Assembly (NCBI GenBank): GCA_012295275.1
Contig: CM022670.1
Span: 38,006,001-38,070,000, forward strand
Source: Chrysomallon squamiferum
Taxonomy: Eukaryota; Animalia; Mollusca
Length of the DNA stretch: 64,000 nt
Reading direction: 5' to 3'
Under the pieces are notes generated by a model. It was given only the letters and a program-made list of their open reading frames with translations. It was not told where the DNA came from and did no database searches. Every line of letters begins with the position of its first letter. Position 1 is the first letter of the stretch. Of the stretch, positions 1 through 13,499 are shown piece after piece. The translations under genes and the position numbers were made by a program.

Positions 1-1441
1 GGTCGTTTATAAGCTACTTTAACCTAAAGAAAAAAAACCTAGAGGCTGTCGCCTTCAGGTATAACGACCACTTAGACAAGATGACAACTAACTTAGCGAA
101 ATATAAATCACGGTTACTGTGCTCTCCGTTTTGTTTCACATTATTTTTAGAATGTGAAAAATCGTAGAAAAGCGTAGACTGATGATAATGATAAGGTTGA
201 TGGACTGTTCTTTGTAGTTTTTATTTTCCACTTTCTTTTTTTTTTTTCTTTTTTTTTTTTGTTCATTTTTCTTTTTGTTCTGTCTTTCCCGTAACTTAAT
301 TTTCCACTGTTTTTGATTTTTTTTTGTTCTATATTTCCGTAAGGTAATAATGTATGAATGTGTAACAACTTCTGATATTAATTTTTGATAGATACTGCAC
401 GTTTTTTAATATGATACCACCATTCCATGATCTTTAATTATCGATAATTTAAAAAAAAAAAAAAAGTGATATCCTACAAGTGATATCGTGAAACAACAAA
501 ATATTATCGTTGTTCTTTTTTCTTTTTCAATTTTTTATTTTTGTTTTAATTATTCCAGTCTTCGGAAGAAACTGAAACGGGTATAACTCGAATGGACACG
601 TCAAAAAGAGAAATGGTCTTTTGATAAGATGCGCCTCAGCTCTGATGAATAATTAATTAAATACGCTAAAAGCAGACGATAACATAATACCTACGATTTC
701 AGATCGAGCTCGTGAATCACGCCAATACGTTGAAGGTTATCATAACATAAAAATATCTGCATCCTCGTGAAATCTAGAAAATCAATAGTCGTTTTTATCC
801 AAATGCGATCAGCTACCAGGAATATTAATTAATTTTACAGGTTTCCATAGGTAATGACATTAGAAAGACATGATAGCAGCGATGCTTATTATAAATTTGC
901 CAAGAGTTGTGTCCCTTGCGATGCGCCGTAAACGTTTGAGAATATATTAAGGTGAATTTGGCTCATTCTGTCTGATGTTGCTCGTGTAATTGTTGGTATT
1001 CATTCGTAAGGAGGATTGATTTATTTAATTAATAAGCATTTTGTAATCATTTATTATAATTTATTTATATTTTTATTTTTATTCATATTATTTTTTAAAA
1101 GCTTCACCACCAATCCCAACTTTTTTTTTTTTTTTTTTAATTTTAAATTTTCTTTTTTTTAAATTTATTTATTTATTTTAAATGATTGACTTAAACATCT
1201 CTCTATATCATTTCATGCACATTTCCTTAACAGTTCTCAAAATGTGTTTTGTCATCATGAACGCATTCGTTACGTTGCTGCTTAGTAACGTGTATATCGT
1301 GACTGGGATATTAGTGATTGTGATTAGTTTAAATTGTCGCTATACCTTAATTTACTGTTCCTATTTAACACGAAACGGCAACAGATGTCAGAAGGTCAAG
1401 GCTGAAATGTAGACTGTTTTCGGGTCTTTTGAAATACTTAC

Positions 1442-1602
1442 GTTGCCAAGAGTCCAGCGCAGAGTGAGAAAACTGAACAGATTTGGAATAATGCAGAACA
1501 CACCAACTGCGAAGTCTGCCACCGCCAGGTTGGCCAAGAAAAAATTGGTTCTAGTACGCATGCGCTTGTTCTTGATTATTACCAAAAGCACAACCAGGTT
1601 TC
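1442..1602 (-). CDS. TrissinR: Class A neuropeptide GPCR (trissin receptor-like), coding exon 2: end of TM1, ICL1, TM2, ECL1; gene continues left of the window
   Basis: Translates (G)NLVVLLVIIKNKRMRTRTNFFLANLAVADFAVGVFCIIPNLFSFLTLRWTLGN, with GN, TNxFLxNLAxAD and WxLG motifs. Acceptor tttcag at 1603-1608; donor GTAAGT from 1441. Phase 1 matches the upstream exon (G+GA=Gly). The GPCR call is firm; the trissin subfamily is from recalled similarity (CFxGNL, LAVADFxVGxFC). Confidence 0.9.
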
Positions 1603-2433
1603 CTGAAATTAAATTATACAAAAGTCAACGATAATGCAGTATAAGAAAAAGTAAATTCCGTGTCATGTACAAATCACAATCATGATACCATTACGATTTC
1701 TCGTTGTTGTTTTTTTTTTTGTGTGTTTTCTTGTTTGTTTGTTTTTTAATTTTCTATTTCCAATTAAGTCGTATGCATATATGCTTTCATGTGCGTGCGT
1801 CGTGCATGTTTTTGCTTGTGTTAGTTATCTGCATTCTTTAATTTTTAAATACATTTCTTCCTCTTTTTTACACCCAAAGGATATCATTCACAATAGCATC
1901 TCGACCTTTAATAATCTTTCGTTTTTTTCAAATCACTAAAATAACGAGCTGAAAAGCAGTAATATGATTTTATTTTACTTTAAACGTCCAGTTCATACTC
2001 CTAACATTTACAGAAAACTGATGTTTTTGTTATATTTTGGTCTTGATGCATACGTGTGTATTTTCTCTGCTGTTTTATGCGTGCTCTTTTTGATGCAAGA
2101 TTCCCTATTTTGTATTATTATTTTGTTTCGCTATTAATTTTAAGTACATTCGGGAGATGCTTTCATTCTTGGTTATTTAAAAAAAAAAAAAATTGCAAAG
2201 AGATAATGTTTGAAAATTCTTTAAAAAGCAAAATCAAATTTTAAAAAACCGACAAAAAAACCCACAATAAATAATAAAATAAATCGGTGACAGATAATTC
2301 ACTTCCATGACAGCCCAGTAAACAGAGATCTTTTACTAAATGAATTTTATAGCAGTTGACACGTCATTCGCGACATCTATTAACTTAGACACAGGCGTGG
2401 ATGGAAAGCAAATTTTTATTTTTATTTATATTT

Positions 2434-2470
<37 letters not shown>

Positions 2471-3517
2471 TTTGGAACTGTCAAACAGTATTGATGAAAA
2501 ATGTAAATTAAGACGAGTGTTGCAAAAACAACACAGACGTAAGCTGAACTTCCCGCTGTGTATTGACACGTAGTGTCATTTAGCTTTATACACCAACTGA
2601 ATACACCACCAAGTCTAGGTTATTCTCGCTTTATTATTTCCGATTTTTTCTTTTTTTTACGATTTTTTTTTTTTTACGATCTTTTTTTACGATTTTTTTT
2701 TTTTTTTTACGATCTTTTTTTACGATTTTTTTTTTTTTTTAACATTACCTTCGAGACCAATATTCGATCACATAAACATCCCATGAAATAAAGAAAATGA
2801 AAGAGGATAGAGCAATTACGATATTTGCTACAAAACGAGAGTGATTGATGATAAAAACCAGTAAAATGTCTCTTGATGTCGCAATGGAAGAGAGAGAAGA
2901 GAGCAAAATAATAAAAAAAAAAAAAAAAAGATAGAAAGAAGGAAGAAGAAGAAAAAATAATTTTTAGAAAGAAAACGTATGTAACATAACATAACATAAC
3001 ATAAACATAAACATAAACATAAACATAAACATAACAACGCAATATAAATAATGTAATACAACAATAACAATAACAAGAACAGAACTACATAATTAAATAA
3101 TAAAATAAATAAACGTATTCGTTAGAGGTAACGGCTTGAATCTTAAAATCTCGGATTTGCATTCACAATTCGATTCGTTACTTGCGGGATTTCGGTTGAG
3201 GAATACGTTTGACAACTTTCACTTTCATGCCTGGAAACATTAACAGCGGTGGGCTGCTAGCGTGTCATTACCAGACTGAAACTTAAAGCTCGGTCACTTT
3301 GTGATACGTACATAATAACACGAGAGTAGCTGATAGATGGTGAAAAACAAGATAACAACTGGTAAACGAATACCAATTAGAAGCCAAGGAAATGAAAAGG
3401 TTGTGTCGCGTCTAATTACACATAGTCGTGGTTTTGCTCAAGCAGTAATGTACAAAATAAAAATTAATAAAAATTTAAAAATATGCTAAAATATATAGAT
3501 TTTTTTTATATATATCA

Positions 3518-3725
3518 ATTATGGAAACGTTTCCAAATTTGGCGTGCATGACGTACTAAATATGATAAAGAAGTGAAGAGAGAAAGAAGAAGTAATCAAA
3601 AAGAAAAAAAAAAAAAGAAAGAAAGAAATATAGGAAAAGAAAAAGGTGTATGAATTGTGCAAGAAAATGTTATATCAGTTCTTTATGCGCAAAAATGAAA
3701 AACGTATAAATCATACACTGTCCAA
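3518..3725 (+). repeat. Dispersed repeat, copy A (paired with 10776-10960)
   Basis: attatggaaacgtttccaaatttggcgtgcatgacgtactaaatatgataaagaagtgaagagagaaagaagaag aligns to attgtggaaatatttctgattttgtcacgcatcacgtactaaatctaataaagaagaaaagagagaaagaagaag. Confidence 0.75.
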
Positions 3726-6692
3726 ATGTCAGATAATTTCAGAATCTTAACACGCAATCGAGCTATCGTTGCTAACAATAAAGTTTTACACCGACGTAAT
3801 AACAGACTGATAAGTTATTGTCATACTGTTGGATCCTTAAATTGTTAAGAATGATTTTCGTATTTATCATTATTTGTCAACCCGTCTGTCTATATCTATC
3901 TATGTATATCTGTATCTATACATACATATGTGTGTGTATGTGTGTGTTATCTATATCTGTATCTATATCTATATCTATACATACATATGTGAGTGTCTGT
4001 TTGTGTGTGTGTGTGTCTTTCTGTCTGCTACACTGTCTGTCAGTCTGTCTAAACCCACACAAAACACGAACTGACAGTCATCCGAGTCATATTGCCCAGA
4101 CAATATGAATTAATGAGTCCATCTGTTTACAGCAGACTCGCTGAACAAAACAGCCGTCTTCCTGAACTCCCGACATTCGGTTTTCAAGACCAGTGACATT
4201 TCAGAGCAGAGCGTGCATTACCATTCAGGAAATTGGAACCTCTTTCCTTGACAAGATATGTGTAAACCTTTGTCGTATGTTCGATTCATTATTAAAACAG
4301 CACGAGATGGGTCTAGAATATTTATATCAGAAAAACGATCTGGTTATTCCAGTGTCTGTGTTTTCAGATGATCTTTTCTGCGGTTCTGAAAGGAAACAAC
4401 GAGTCCATCTTTTGTTTTTATTGTATATAAACCGCTACCGTTTTGTCTACTTCGTCGATATTGTCTTCAATATCTTGCTTTGTTTTTACTTCCTTAAACT
4501 ATGTCTCTCTCGTATCGCATACTGGGTATTGTTTTGTCTGCTTTTGTCCACATCATTCATGTTATAGATCGTGCTTTCATTTTATAATTATTTATAATCA
4601 TTAAAGCAAATACACTTAAAAATACGCACACGTACATACAGACATATAGGCGTAAATAAATATATATACAAACATAATCGAACATACACTATAAATGTGT
4701 GTTTTCTTATTTTTATCTAGCTTTCCAACATCAATATATTTTCATATATGCGTATACTGTCTGTTATAATTATTTATAAGAAGATATCTTTTCCACAACT
4801 TAATTATTAAGTCCACACTGCTAATTTGTGTCCCTTGTCCAGCCACAAAGGTCAAGGTTAAAAGCAGAGACGACGTAAGTAAGGAAAATTCTCAGTGGAC
4901 CAAGGCACTGGGTCCGTACCCCCTCTGGCGGTGAGTCCGCGTTTAGTTAGAAATAATTGAAGAGGAATTCACCGTCAGTCTACTTACAGGCCAACTCACA
5001 CGTGTCATTTCATTAAAGGATTTCCCTTTGTCCTTCCTCCCCCCCCCACTACCCCCCCACCCACAGTGGTCTATCTCCGCGTGCGCTGCTTCAAGCCAGA
5101 GCCGAACATGAACCGTTTCTTCAAGTTCAAACTGCAGCCTGTTGACAGCATCAGTTTTTACGAAATAAATTTAATCTAAATTAAACTGAACACGTTATCA
5201 GGCTGCCCTCACCGGTGAAGGAGCTACGAACACAGTAGTAATTTGGTTACGTATATTGCGACATTTGCCGGCAATTTACGGCCATTGTCGGCGCATTTCG
5301 AGGGTGAAATGAGCTGTAAATTAGTTTGTACTGAGAAATAATGTGGAATCTTCTTCACATACTTCATTTGGCAGTCTTAACTCAAGACTCTCGTACAGAG
5401 ATTTCAGAAAAGAAAGAGGAAACTGAAAAAAAATAAAATAAAATAAAATAAAAAAAACCCAGTTATCACAGCGTGTGATTATTGAGTAATGCAGACCGGT
5501 TTATATGTGACTAACCTAGTTACGTTGAGTATATCACAGAAGCATGCCTTAATGTCTGGTTTCACCAAATTTCTCTCCACGACAGAAATGTTGATAGTGT
5601 CTGGATGTGAATGCATGCTCGTAAATACATTGAGGCAAATGAGGCAAATGCTTCATACCGAAATTGAGGATTTTGTTATTTTCGTTTTTGAATGTGAATC
5701 TTATTTTGCATTCTTCTATCAGCTAAATGTTTTGAACACGATATCGTCCAACGCCAGAGTTCAGAAACCAAAAACGTAACCCGATATTTTGAAATAAAAC
5801 TTCTCTATATCTTCAGCAACAATAACCACTGACTAGTTAGTAATATGATTCTGAACACGAGAAACGTGTACAAAGAAACAGACATATTTATTACTCTCAT
5901 CTAAACCTGTTTTCTCCTGCTCGACTTTAAAGACATTTCCTTTTGTTTCCCGTTGTCTTCATATTTATTGATTGTCTTTACACTAATTTTCTTCCTTGGT
6001 GATTTTACTAGATTTATATCTGCCGTTATTTATTTTTTTATCTGCTTTGTCCTAACAGTTATTGTACCGGGCTTAAGTCTTTATTCGAGTCAATAATGAA
6101 TTTGTTTCTCCCAAAACAACAATCTTCAAATGGCTTCTGTCAATGGAATTACCAGGTAAATGTGTCAGATTGTACGAATTAATTATCATTGAGCTTCAGT
6201 ATCTTTACGTATTGCAAAATTAAATAGGCTAAGGTTATATACACCGGTCAAATGTTTAGCAGATTTTGGAAATAAAAGGCACTATAAAAGCAAAGATTAG
6301 AATGAATTTTTGTAGTTTAGTATTAAAAAATTAAAAACTCTAAACAGTTCTGGAGATAATTGTTGGTAAAAATAAAAATAAAATTGGTTTAAACGTTACA
6401 AACTTAGAAAATATTTCAGATAGAAACGCAAGGGGAATTTCGAACTTAAATATTATAACTGAAGTTGATTTTAAAATTTAGTTTTATTTTATCTGAATGA
6501 AAATCATATTGCATGCATATAATAATGAAATAATATTGAATAATAAAATGTTGAAAGATTTGCTGCATCTGTTAAACAACACTGTATAATTAAAATTAAA
6601 GTATTAATTCATAAATCTCAACAAAGTATTAAAAATATATTATTTGTTACTGAATTAAAAATTACCGTTTTGACATTTGCATTTCCACTTAC

Positions 6693-6867
6693 CCAAAAAA
6701 CAAAAGGCAAAAACGACGCTGTACACGACAATGAAGACGACACGTATGTGTAGCTGCTGGAATGGATTTTCAAACACCGGCGTGGAATAAGACAAATTGC
6801 TTGACGTTGGGACCACAGTCGCCGACGTAACAGAAGAGTCGTAAGTGACACTGGAACTACCTTCCAT
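6693..6867 (-). CDS. TrissinR: Same GPCR, coding exon 1: Ser/Thr-rich N-terminus and TM1
   Basis: MEGSSSVTYDSSVTSATVVPTSSNLSYSTPVFENPFQQLHIRVVFIVVYSVVFAFCFL(G), with an NLS sequon and hydrophobic TM1. Donor G|GTAAGT at 6692. An in-frame TGA at 6882-6880 upstream supports the ATG at 6867 as start. Confidence 0.88.
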
Positions 6868-7959
6868 TGGAAAGAGATTTCACGAAACTGTGACAAATTT
6901 CACCGAACTGTAACAAACTGTAACACACGTTACTGAGCTGTAACAAATTTCAATGTATTGTAACAAACTGTAACACACGTTACTGAACAGTAACAAATTT
7001 CACCGAACTGTAACGAACTGTAACACACGTTACTGAGCTGTAACAAATGTCACTGAACTGTAACAAACTGTAACACACGTTACTGAACTGTAACAAACTG
7101 TAACAAACGTTACTGAACTGTAACAAATTTCACTGATCTGTGACAAACGTCTCTGAAGGATGATAAATTTCACTACACCAAACTGTATTCTACAGTTTTA
7201 AGTATATATATATTTTTTTTTAAATTCCAAGAAAGATAATTTATTATGACTGTTTTGCTCCTGGAACGAAGATATCGTGGGTGGACATAATAAAAAAACA
7301 CACACACTTCAGCACGTGTTTGGCGTAATATTTTTAAAATATTTTTTTAAAAATCATATCCTATATCTTTTTTTTTCTTCTTTTTTCCTTTTGCACGAGT
7401 CTCTAACAAATATTCGTGCCTATTGAATCTTCATAAACGATGCTGAAGTGGAAAATCTTTATAACAGATTTCTCTTTTGGTTCATAAAATAATGCTAATA
7501 CAAAGACAGAGTCTGTGTAATTAAGTCCCTCTCTGAAGTGAACGTGACCTCGAACTGTTCAAAAACTCACACAGGGATTTTTTCACAAACGCAGAAGCAT
7601 CGCCATATCTGTGTGTCGAACGTGATCACAAAGTGTTTAATTACTTCTGCAGATGTGAAGCAATTCTTTTGTCAAAAAAAAAAAAAAAAAAATTAAATAA
7701 TAATAATTCAGTCACAGAAAGATGTTGTTCAATCTGCAGTAATCTGCAGGGGCAGGTTCTCTACATATTGTAAGACGACATGTCCAAAACGGTTGAGGGT
7801 GCGGCCATTGTAATCGTGCGAAATTCAACGTTTCCCATCCCTCATCAAAGACGGTCTATTTCCAGTCCGAGTTTTGTGGCTAATCCCTCACGCGAATCGC
7901 CAGCATCAAGCTTTTCCATCCAACTAAGACCCCGATTAATGCACCGATTTTCCTGTTTC
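6868..7959 (-). other. Probable 5'UTR part of the first coding exon of the GPCR
   Basis: Strong acceptor tgtcattttcttttccag ends at 7960 on the minus strand and is followed by GC-richer sequence. No convincing acceptor seen just upstream of the ATG. Confidence 0.4.
6881..7170. repeat. Minisatellite of 10-bp monomers with a 50-bp higher-order unit
   Basis: caccgaactg-taacaaactg-taacacacgt-tactgagctg-taacaaattt recurs at 6901, 6951 and 7001, then decays while keeping the 10-bp register. Confidence 0.92.
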
Positions 7960-8097
7960 CTGGAAAAGAAAATGACACGACTTAAAGGTCACGAAATGAT
8001 CAGCATCTCATTATCATCATCAGCGCCTACGTGGTCCTGTTTCTTGTTGTCGTGTCGTCTTTTAGTGTGTTAAGTGTTTAGTGTTAACCTGTTCTGT

Positions 8098-8200
8098 TAG
8101 AAAAACTATTCTAGAAAAAAAAAACTATTCTAGGAAAACTATTCTAGAAAACTTATTCTAGAAAAACTTTTCTAGAAAACCTATTCTAGAAAAACTATTC
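8098..8200. repeat. ~14-bp tandem repeat with palindromic TTCTAGAA core
   Basis: About 7 copies of (ctattctagaaaaa). Confidence 0.85.
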
Positions 8201-9146
8201 ATTAAAACATTAAAACACTAAAACTAAAGCACCATTACAAAAGGTGTTGTTCATTGTGACACATTCGACTGTGTTTATGACCTCACAAAAAAAAAAAAAT
8301 GGTTTACAACTGACAATTAAAAAAAATGAAATAACAAGTAAACTTTATTACTTCAATGAGACTCCCATGCAACATAAATATTTGATTTCTTTAATACCAC
8401 TTTTTCGCAAAATACAATCTGTACAATTTCCCTATTAAAAATTTAGCTGAATTTGACAACGCTTCATTAGAGATTTCCTCATAGAAAACGACCAAAAAAA
8501 AAAACAAATTTAAAAAAAAAATAAAAAATAGAAAATTCCAATATCCACCAACATTTATGCCTGAGGCAAGAAAACTTGAATTTAATATTTTGACAGCCAT
8601 ATAAACAAGATGCCGCATTGATTTCACAGCATGTAATGAAAATAGTTTGTTCCCGTTTTTAATGTTAATACCGACATAATCGTTCTGTTTTACGACAACG
8701 GATGGATTTGGTGTAGAAAAGCCAAAGCATTAAAATATTTAGATTCAAAATAATTCTTGGGCCAGTTTTCATGTAGAATCTTCGTTCGCTATTCGTGTTT
8801 CTGTGTTATGTGACAGAACTAGCTGATGAATTGCTATTGGATTTCTAAAAGTAATTTTAGTGCTGAGTATATTTCTTTGTATGATCCGACTAATAGTCGT
8901 ATACTAATAGACAGAATACATGTTTAGTTACTTTCTGTATCAATAACTGAATAATTTTATTCCGTACCCATATTATATGGATTATACGGATATTTATCTT
9001 CCAGTCCCTATAAATAGTGACAGGATATGATGAGTAGATATGTTTCTGTATTTTCGAGCACTGACCAAACATATAGCTTTTTACATTGATAGATTTTCTT
9101 TAGTTACATATATGTTGATATCTTAAAAAAGTAACCGGTTATTCCC

Positions 9147-9211
<65 letters not shown>

Positions 9212-9385
9212 AAGCTGGTATCTTAAAAAAGTAACCAGTTATTCCCCATCTATGTGTGTGTGTGGGTGTATGTATCAAAATGAGAGAGAGAGAGACAAAG
9301 AGACACAGAGACACAGACAGAGAGAGAGACTGATGAACTTCTATCCCATTACCCTAATACAAGTTATAAATATATAAATAAGTAA

Positions 9386-9422
<37 letters not shown>

Positions 9423-10058
9423 TTTTTTGTTGTATTTTTGAAATGAAGAGTACTCGTTTCAGGTTAAAGTACATAATTTTTAATTTTGTTTACAACGGGA
9501 TATCAAAAACTTCTTTTAGTCCTTAAGCCTCACTTTCATTTTGTTTAATATTATTAACACCGATGTAACATGTCCTTGATTCAAGGCTTAGCATACCAGA
9601 ATGCGACGTAACCTTGACACCCAGTAATGGAACATTCTTCCCGTAGAGTCATTCAATTTAGATAGCTATGGGTGACCAAATAATGGAATGGGTAGCCAAG
9701 GGCGTCTTATTACCAGGCGTTCCAGTTGTTTTAGATCTCTGCGGGGACTACCCAAAAAGAAAATGTATTTACGTGAAAAATAATTCATATGTGTTCTGCG
9801 TTTCCTTTTTCTATATTTATTTATTTATTTATTTAGTTTTTAATTATTATTATTTTTATTTTATTTTATGTATTTCATTTCCTTTTTCCTTGGTAGTAGT
9901 AATTATTATTGTAACAATAGAAATACCAAAGAAAGGAATTAGTTTCACTTCGTCTTTCTGAAGACAAAGGTTTTGTGTATGTATGTATGTATGTATGTAT
10001 GTATGTATGTATGTATGTATGTATGTATGTATGTATGTGTATGTATATATGTATATGT

Positions 10059-10168
10059 GTATCTATGTATATGTTAAAGTATGCATGTCTATGTATATCT
10101 ATGTATATGTTAAAGTATGCATGTCTATGTGTATCTATGTATATGTTAAAGTATGCATGTCTATGTGT
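10059..10168. repeat. 36-bp tandem repeat x3 beside (TATG)n
   Basis: gtatctatgtatatgttaaagtatgcatgtctatgt occurs three times. Confidence 0.85.
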
Positions 10169-10775
10169 ACACGTTCGTATTTATATATGTATAAATGTGT
10201 GTTTTATGATTTTGTACATAACATATTTATGTATACGAAATTAATGTGCGTAGACGATGTGCGTGTGTGTGTGTGTATGTCTGTGTCAGTATCTATATTA
10301 AATAAAGCTACTCAATCTGTTTTGTCATAATGATACATGTGTTATTGCATATATTTTAATAACCAGTAGTATCCGCATCTGACGTGCCCTACGTCAACAC
10401 AGAATTATAATTAATTATTCTTACACACTGCCATTCTAAATCCAGTCAAATTAAATTTTATACTCTCCGAGTTCTTCGATATTACATTCTTCTCTAAACG
10501 TTAATAATTCTCAGGTTACAGGAGAAAGGAAGCAATGAATTGAACTAGAGAGGACCTCTGAATCAAGCGGGTACTAAAAACACGTTCAGATAACACAACT
10601 AGCGAGACAAACTCGGTGATAAACATTCTGATCTTTAGAACGTAAACTGTTTGCAAACTAGAGTCAGATTACTTTAAAACTGTCGCTGATAAGGAGTTGT
10701 GGAAAATTTCTACAATATAAAATACAAGAAGAAAAAAAAAAAAAAGAAGAAGAAAAAAAATTGATTGATTTTTCC

Positions 10776-10960
10776 ATTGTGGAAATATTTCTGATTTTGT
10801 CACGCATCACGTACTAAATCTAATAAAGAAGAAAAGAGAGAAAGAAGAAGAAAAAAAGGTAAAGAAAATGAGTAGAGATTTTACACGAGAATATTACATT
10901 ATTTTTATAAATTACTTTGCAGTCGTTATGATAAAAATAAAAACATAAATAATACATTAT
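10776..10960 (+). repeat. Dispersed repeat, copy B (paired with 3518-3725)
   Basis: Same-orientation diverged copy of 3518-3725. Confidence 0.75.
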
Positions 10961-11931
10961 CTTTAGCAAAATAAATACATAAATAATACATTGTCCTTAG
11001 CCCCAAAAATATCTAAGAATCGTTTATTTTATCCGTAAAATATTATGTCAACCAACATCATATTATATTTAAAAATTAATGCTTCTTAAATTGTAAATAA
11101 CATTTTCTACAATATAATAAAATTTATTCAGCTTTCTTAAATTCTTTCGAATATAAACTCTTCGTGCACAAATATTAAGTAAATACCTCATTATATATTC
11201 TATATGTATTGCAATGATACATTTTTTTCAACAGCAAAGATATCCATTGTTTAACATTACAAACCATACCTATTAGCACCTGATTATTTTTTCTATACAA
11301 ATTACCGATATAATTATATATATATATATATATATTAATCCATATTTAAAGCACAGCTTCTTTAGTAAAAGAAGCAAATATAATGATTAGTTGTTAAATT
11401 ACAGAAGAAGATCGGATAACACCTGATGATAGATGAACTGGAAACGTTCACTAACAATACATCAGTTACAGAAACAAATAAATCATATCGTTAAGTTACA
11501 CAGCTATATTTGACGTTAGCAAACTATACCCGAGACCTCTGTCACCTGAAACTCAGTTTGTTCTTTCTTTATAAGCACCAATTACTGTAACAAGGGAAAC
11601 GTGATAACGTAAAACAACAAGGAAGTGTTCGTTTTTGAAGACGTTACAAATAAAGTAGGCGTGAATGATATTTAGCCGAATTTTCCATTATTTCGATCGC
11701 TTACCTTGTTTTCCTATTCCATGTTTTATTTGTTTTTTGTAACGGAACTTATGTCATCATGAAAGTTTTATCAATGGAAATAACAGCGATTTTCGCCAAG
11801 GAAATTCAATCTTGTTGAAAATAAGAAAAAAAGGAATATTTGTTTTATTGAATGAATCTGAAGCGTTGTCGTGAGAAAATAGCAGATTGAATTAATTGGT
11901 ATAACTAATACCTGCTAGATTCAGTTTTTTG

Positions 11932-11997
<66 letters not shown>

Positions 11998-13499
11998 AGT
12001 AGAAGTAGTTGTAGAAGTAGTAGTAGTGGCAATATGTAAAACAAATGAAAAACAACACCTCGCAAATTACATGCATACATTCTGACATATACATAGAGCG
12101 TTTAAATATCTGTTATAATGAATAGTGGACATATAGTTTGAGCATAATTATCTTACAAGTAAAGGAACGATACAGCCAGTGCTTTTTTCTTTTATTTATT
12201 CCGGTGAACCATTACTGTGACCATCCCATGAACGATAATGTTAACAGTTACAGAAGACACATAATAAAACTCTTCAGTATCGGATCAGCAGGATTTGCGG
12301 AATCGTTTCAGACTTGACACTGGCGTCTCATGGAATGAAATGTCCTCTTCACGGCTTCTGCGAGGATATTTTCCCAGTTCCCACTGAAGGTCTTGCTGCA
12401 GCTGTTGAAGATTCAGTTGCTGTGTGTCTCTCCTGTGGACGTGACTCGTAGTTCATCCCGCGACTGCCCTGCTTGAAATTATGGAATTACGACGTGAGGT
12501 TTCCATCAGTGACATGGAGATCATTTACCAGCCCACTCCATGACACTTTCTGCTCCACGTCTGTCAAACTCAACTGCACAATATTCCTGTTTCCTCTCGC
12601 TTCATTTGTCATACACTCAGATACTCCAGTCACTAACGCTCAATCGTGATTTATCAGTAAATAGGACATTTCTTCATTTTATTCCTTTTCCATTGGATCC
12701 GACGTTGATTTTTGAAATGGGTTACGGTGAGTACTGGTTCTGATAAATCAAGCCTGCATGGCAGACGATCCTCGGGCACTATCGAAGTGAGGACAGTTAT
12801 TTGTGGACCTAGAAGCCTGCAGCCAGAATAATGACATCAGTTACACCAAACGGTCTGGCCACGTTACTGTCTCTGTGTCAGCATTAAAAATCCATTCTTC
12901 TTTCTGAAGGTCGTTTGTTGAAAAGGCGTGGCACTATAGGCTCACTCATTTTTTTTTTTTTTTAAATTTTGAAAATGTGCCCTCATGAGAATACCCTTAT
13001 AACATATCTGGGGTTTGCATGCAGAGCAAATGGCTGGAACGTGAAATTGATGGTTTTGGTCGTGACAGAATTCCGTAGTTTTCACGTATAATGAAATACA
13101 ATAGAAAAAAAAAAAAAAAAAATAAAATAAAAAAAAAATAAACTATCGTTTTTGTTGAATATACATATAATTATGACTTTTGTTATTAGAAATATTGTTA
13201 TTATTGTTGTCGTTGCTGTCGAGTCTAACATGTGTTATTTTTCTATATATAAAATCAGTTTTGTTTGGCCTAACAATACGTAGTTAGGATTCTACTCAGT
13301 GTGAAGTAGTCTCATTCATTTCCTGAAGTATAATTATGCACAGAACATGACGTCATTACATCGCTTGATGACGACATTCTCCTGAGATCGGAAATGAGGT
13401 TTTGGTAAAAGATGACACTGTCTAGAAAAACCATTGTGATTATCGTATTACGTGGATTATTTGATGAACAGATTAATTACCATATAGACGAACGGAATC

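Noticed and set aside
1-1441. Search for GPCR exon 3 (TM3, C...ERY)
   Set aside because: No such frame found by eye; the exon probably lies left of the window.
6881-7170. Repeat as a coding N-terminal extension of the GPCR, or as a CRISPR-like array
   Set aside because: In-frame TGA at 6882-6880; no unique spacers; eukaryotic context.
9117-9246. 30-bp direct repeats flanking (TG)n as a TSD or LTR
   Set aside because: Better explained by a local ~100-bp tandem duplication; no element body.
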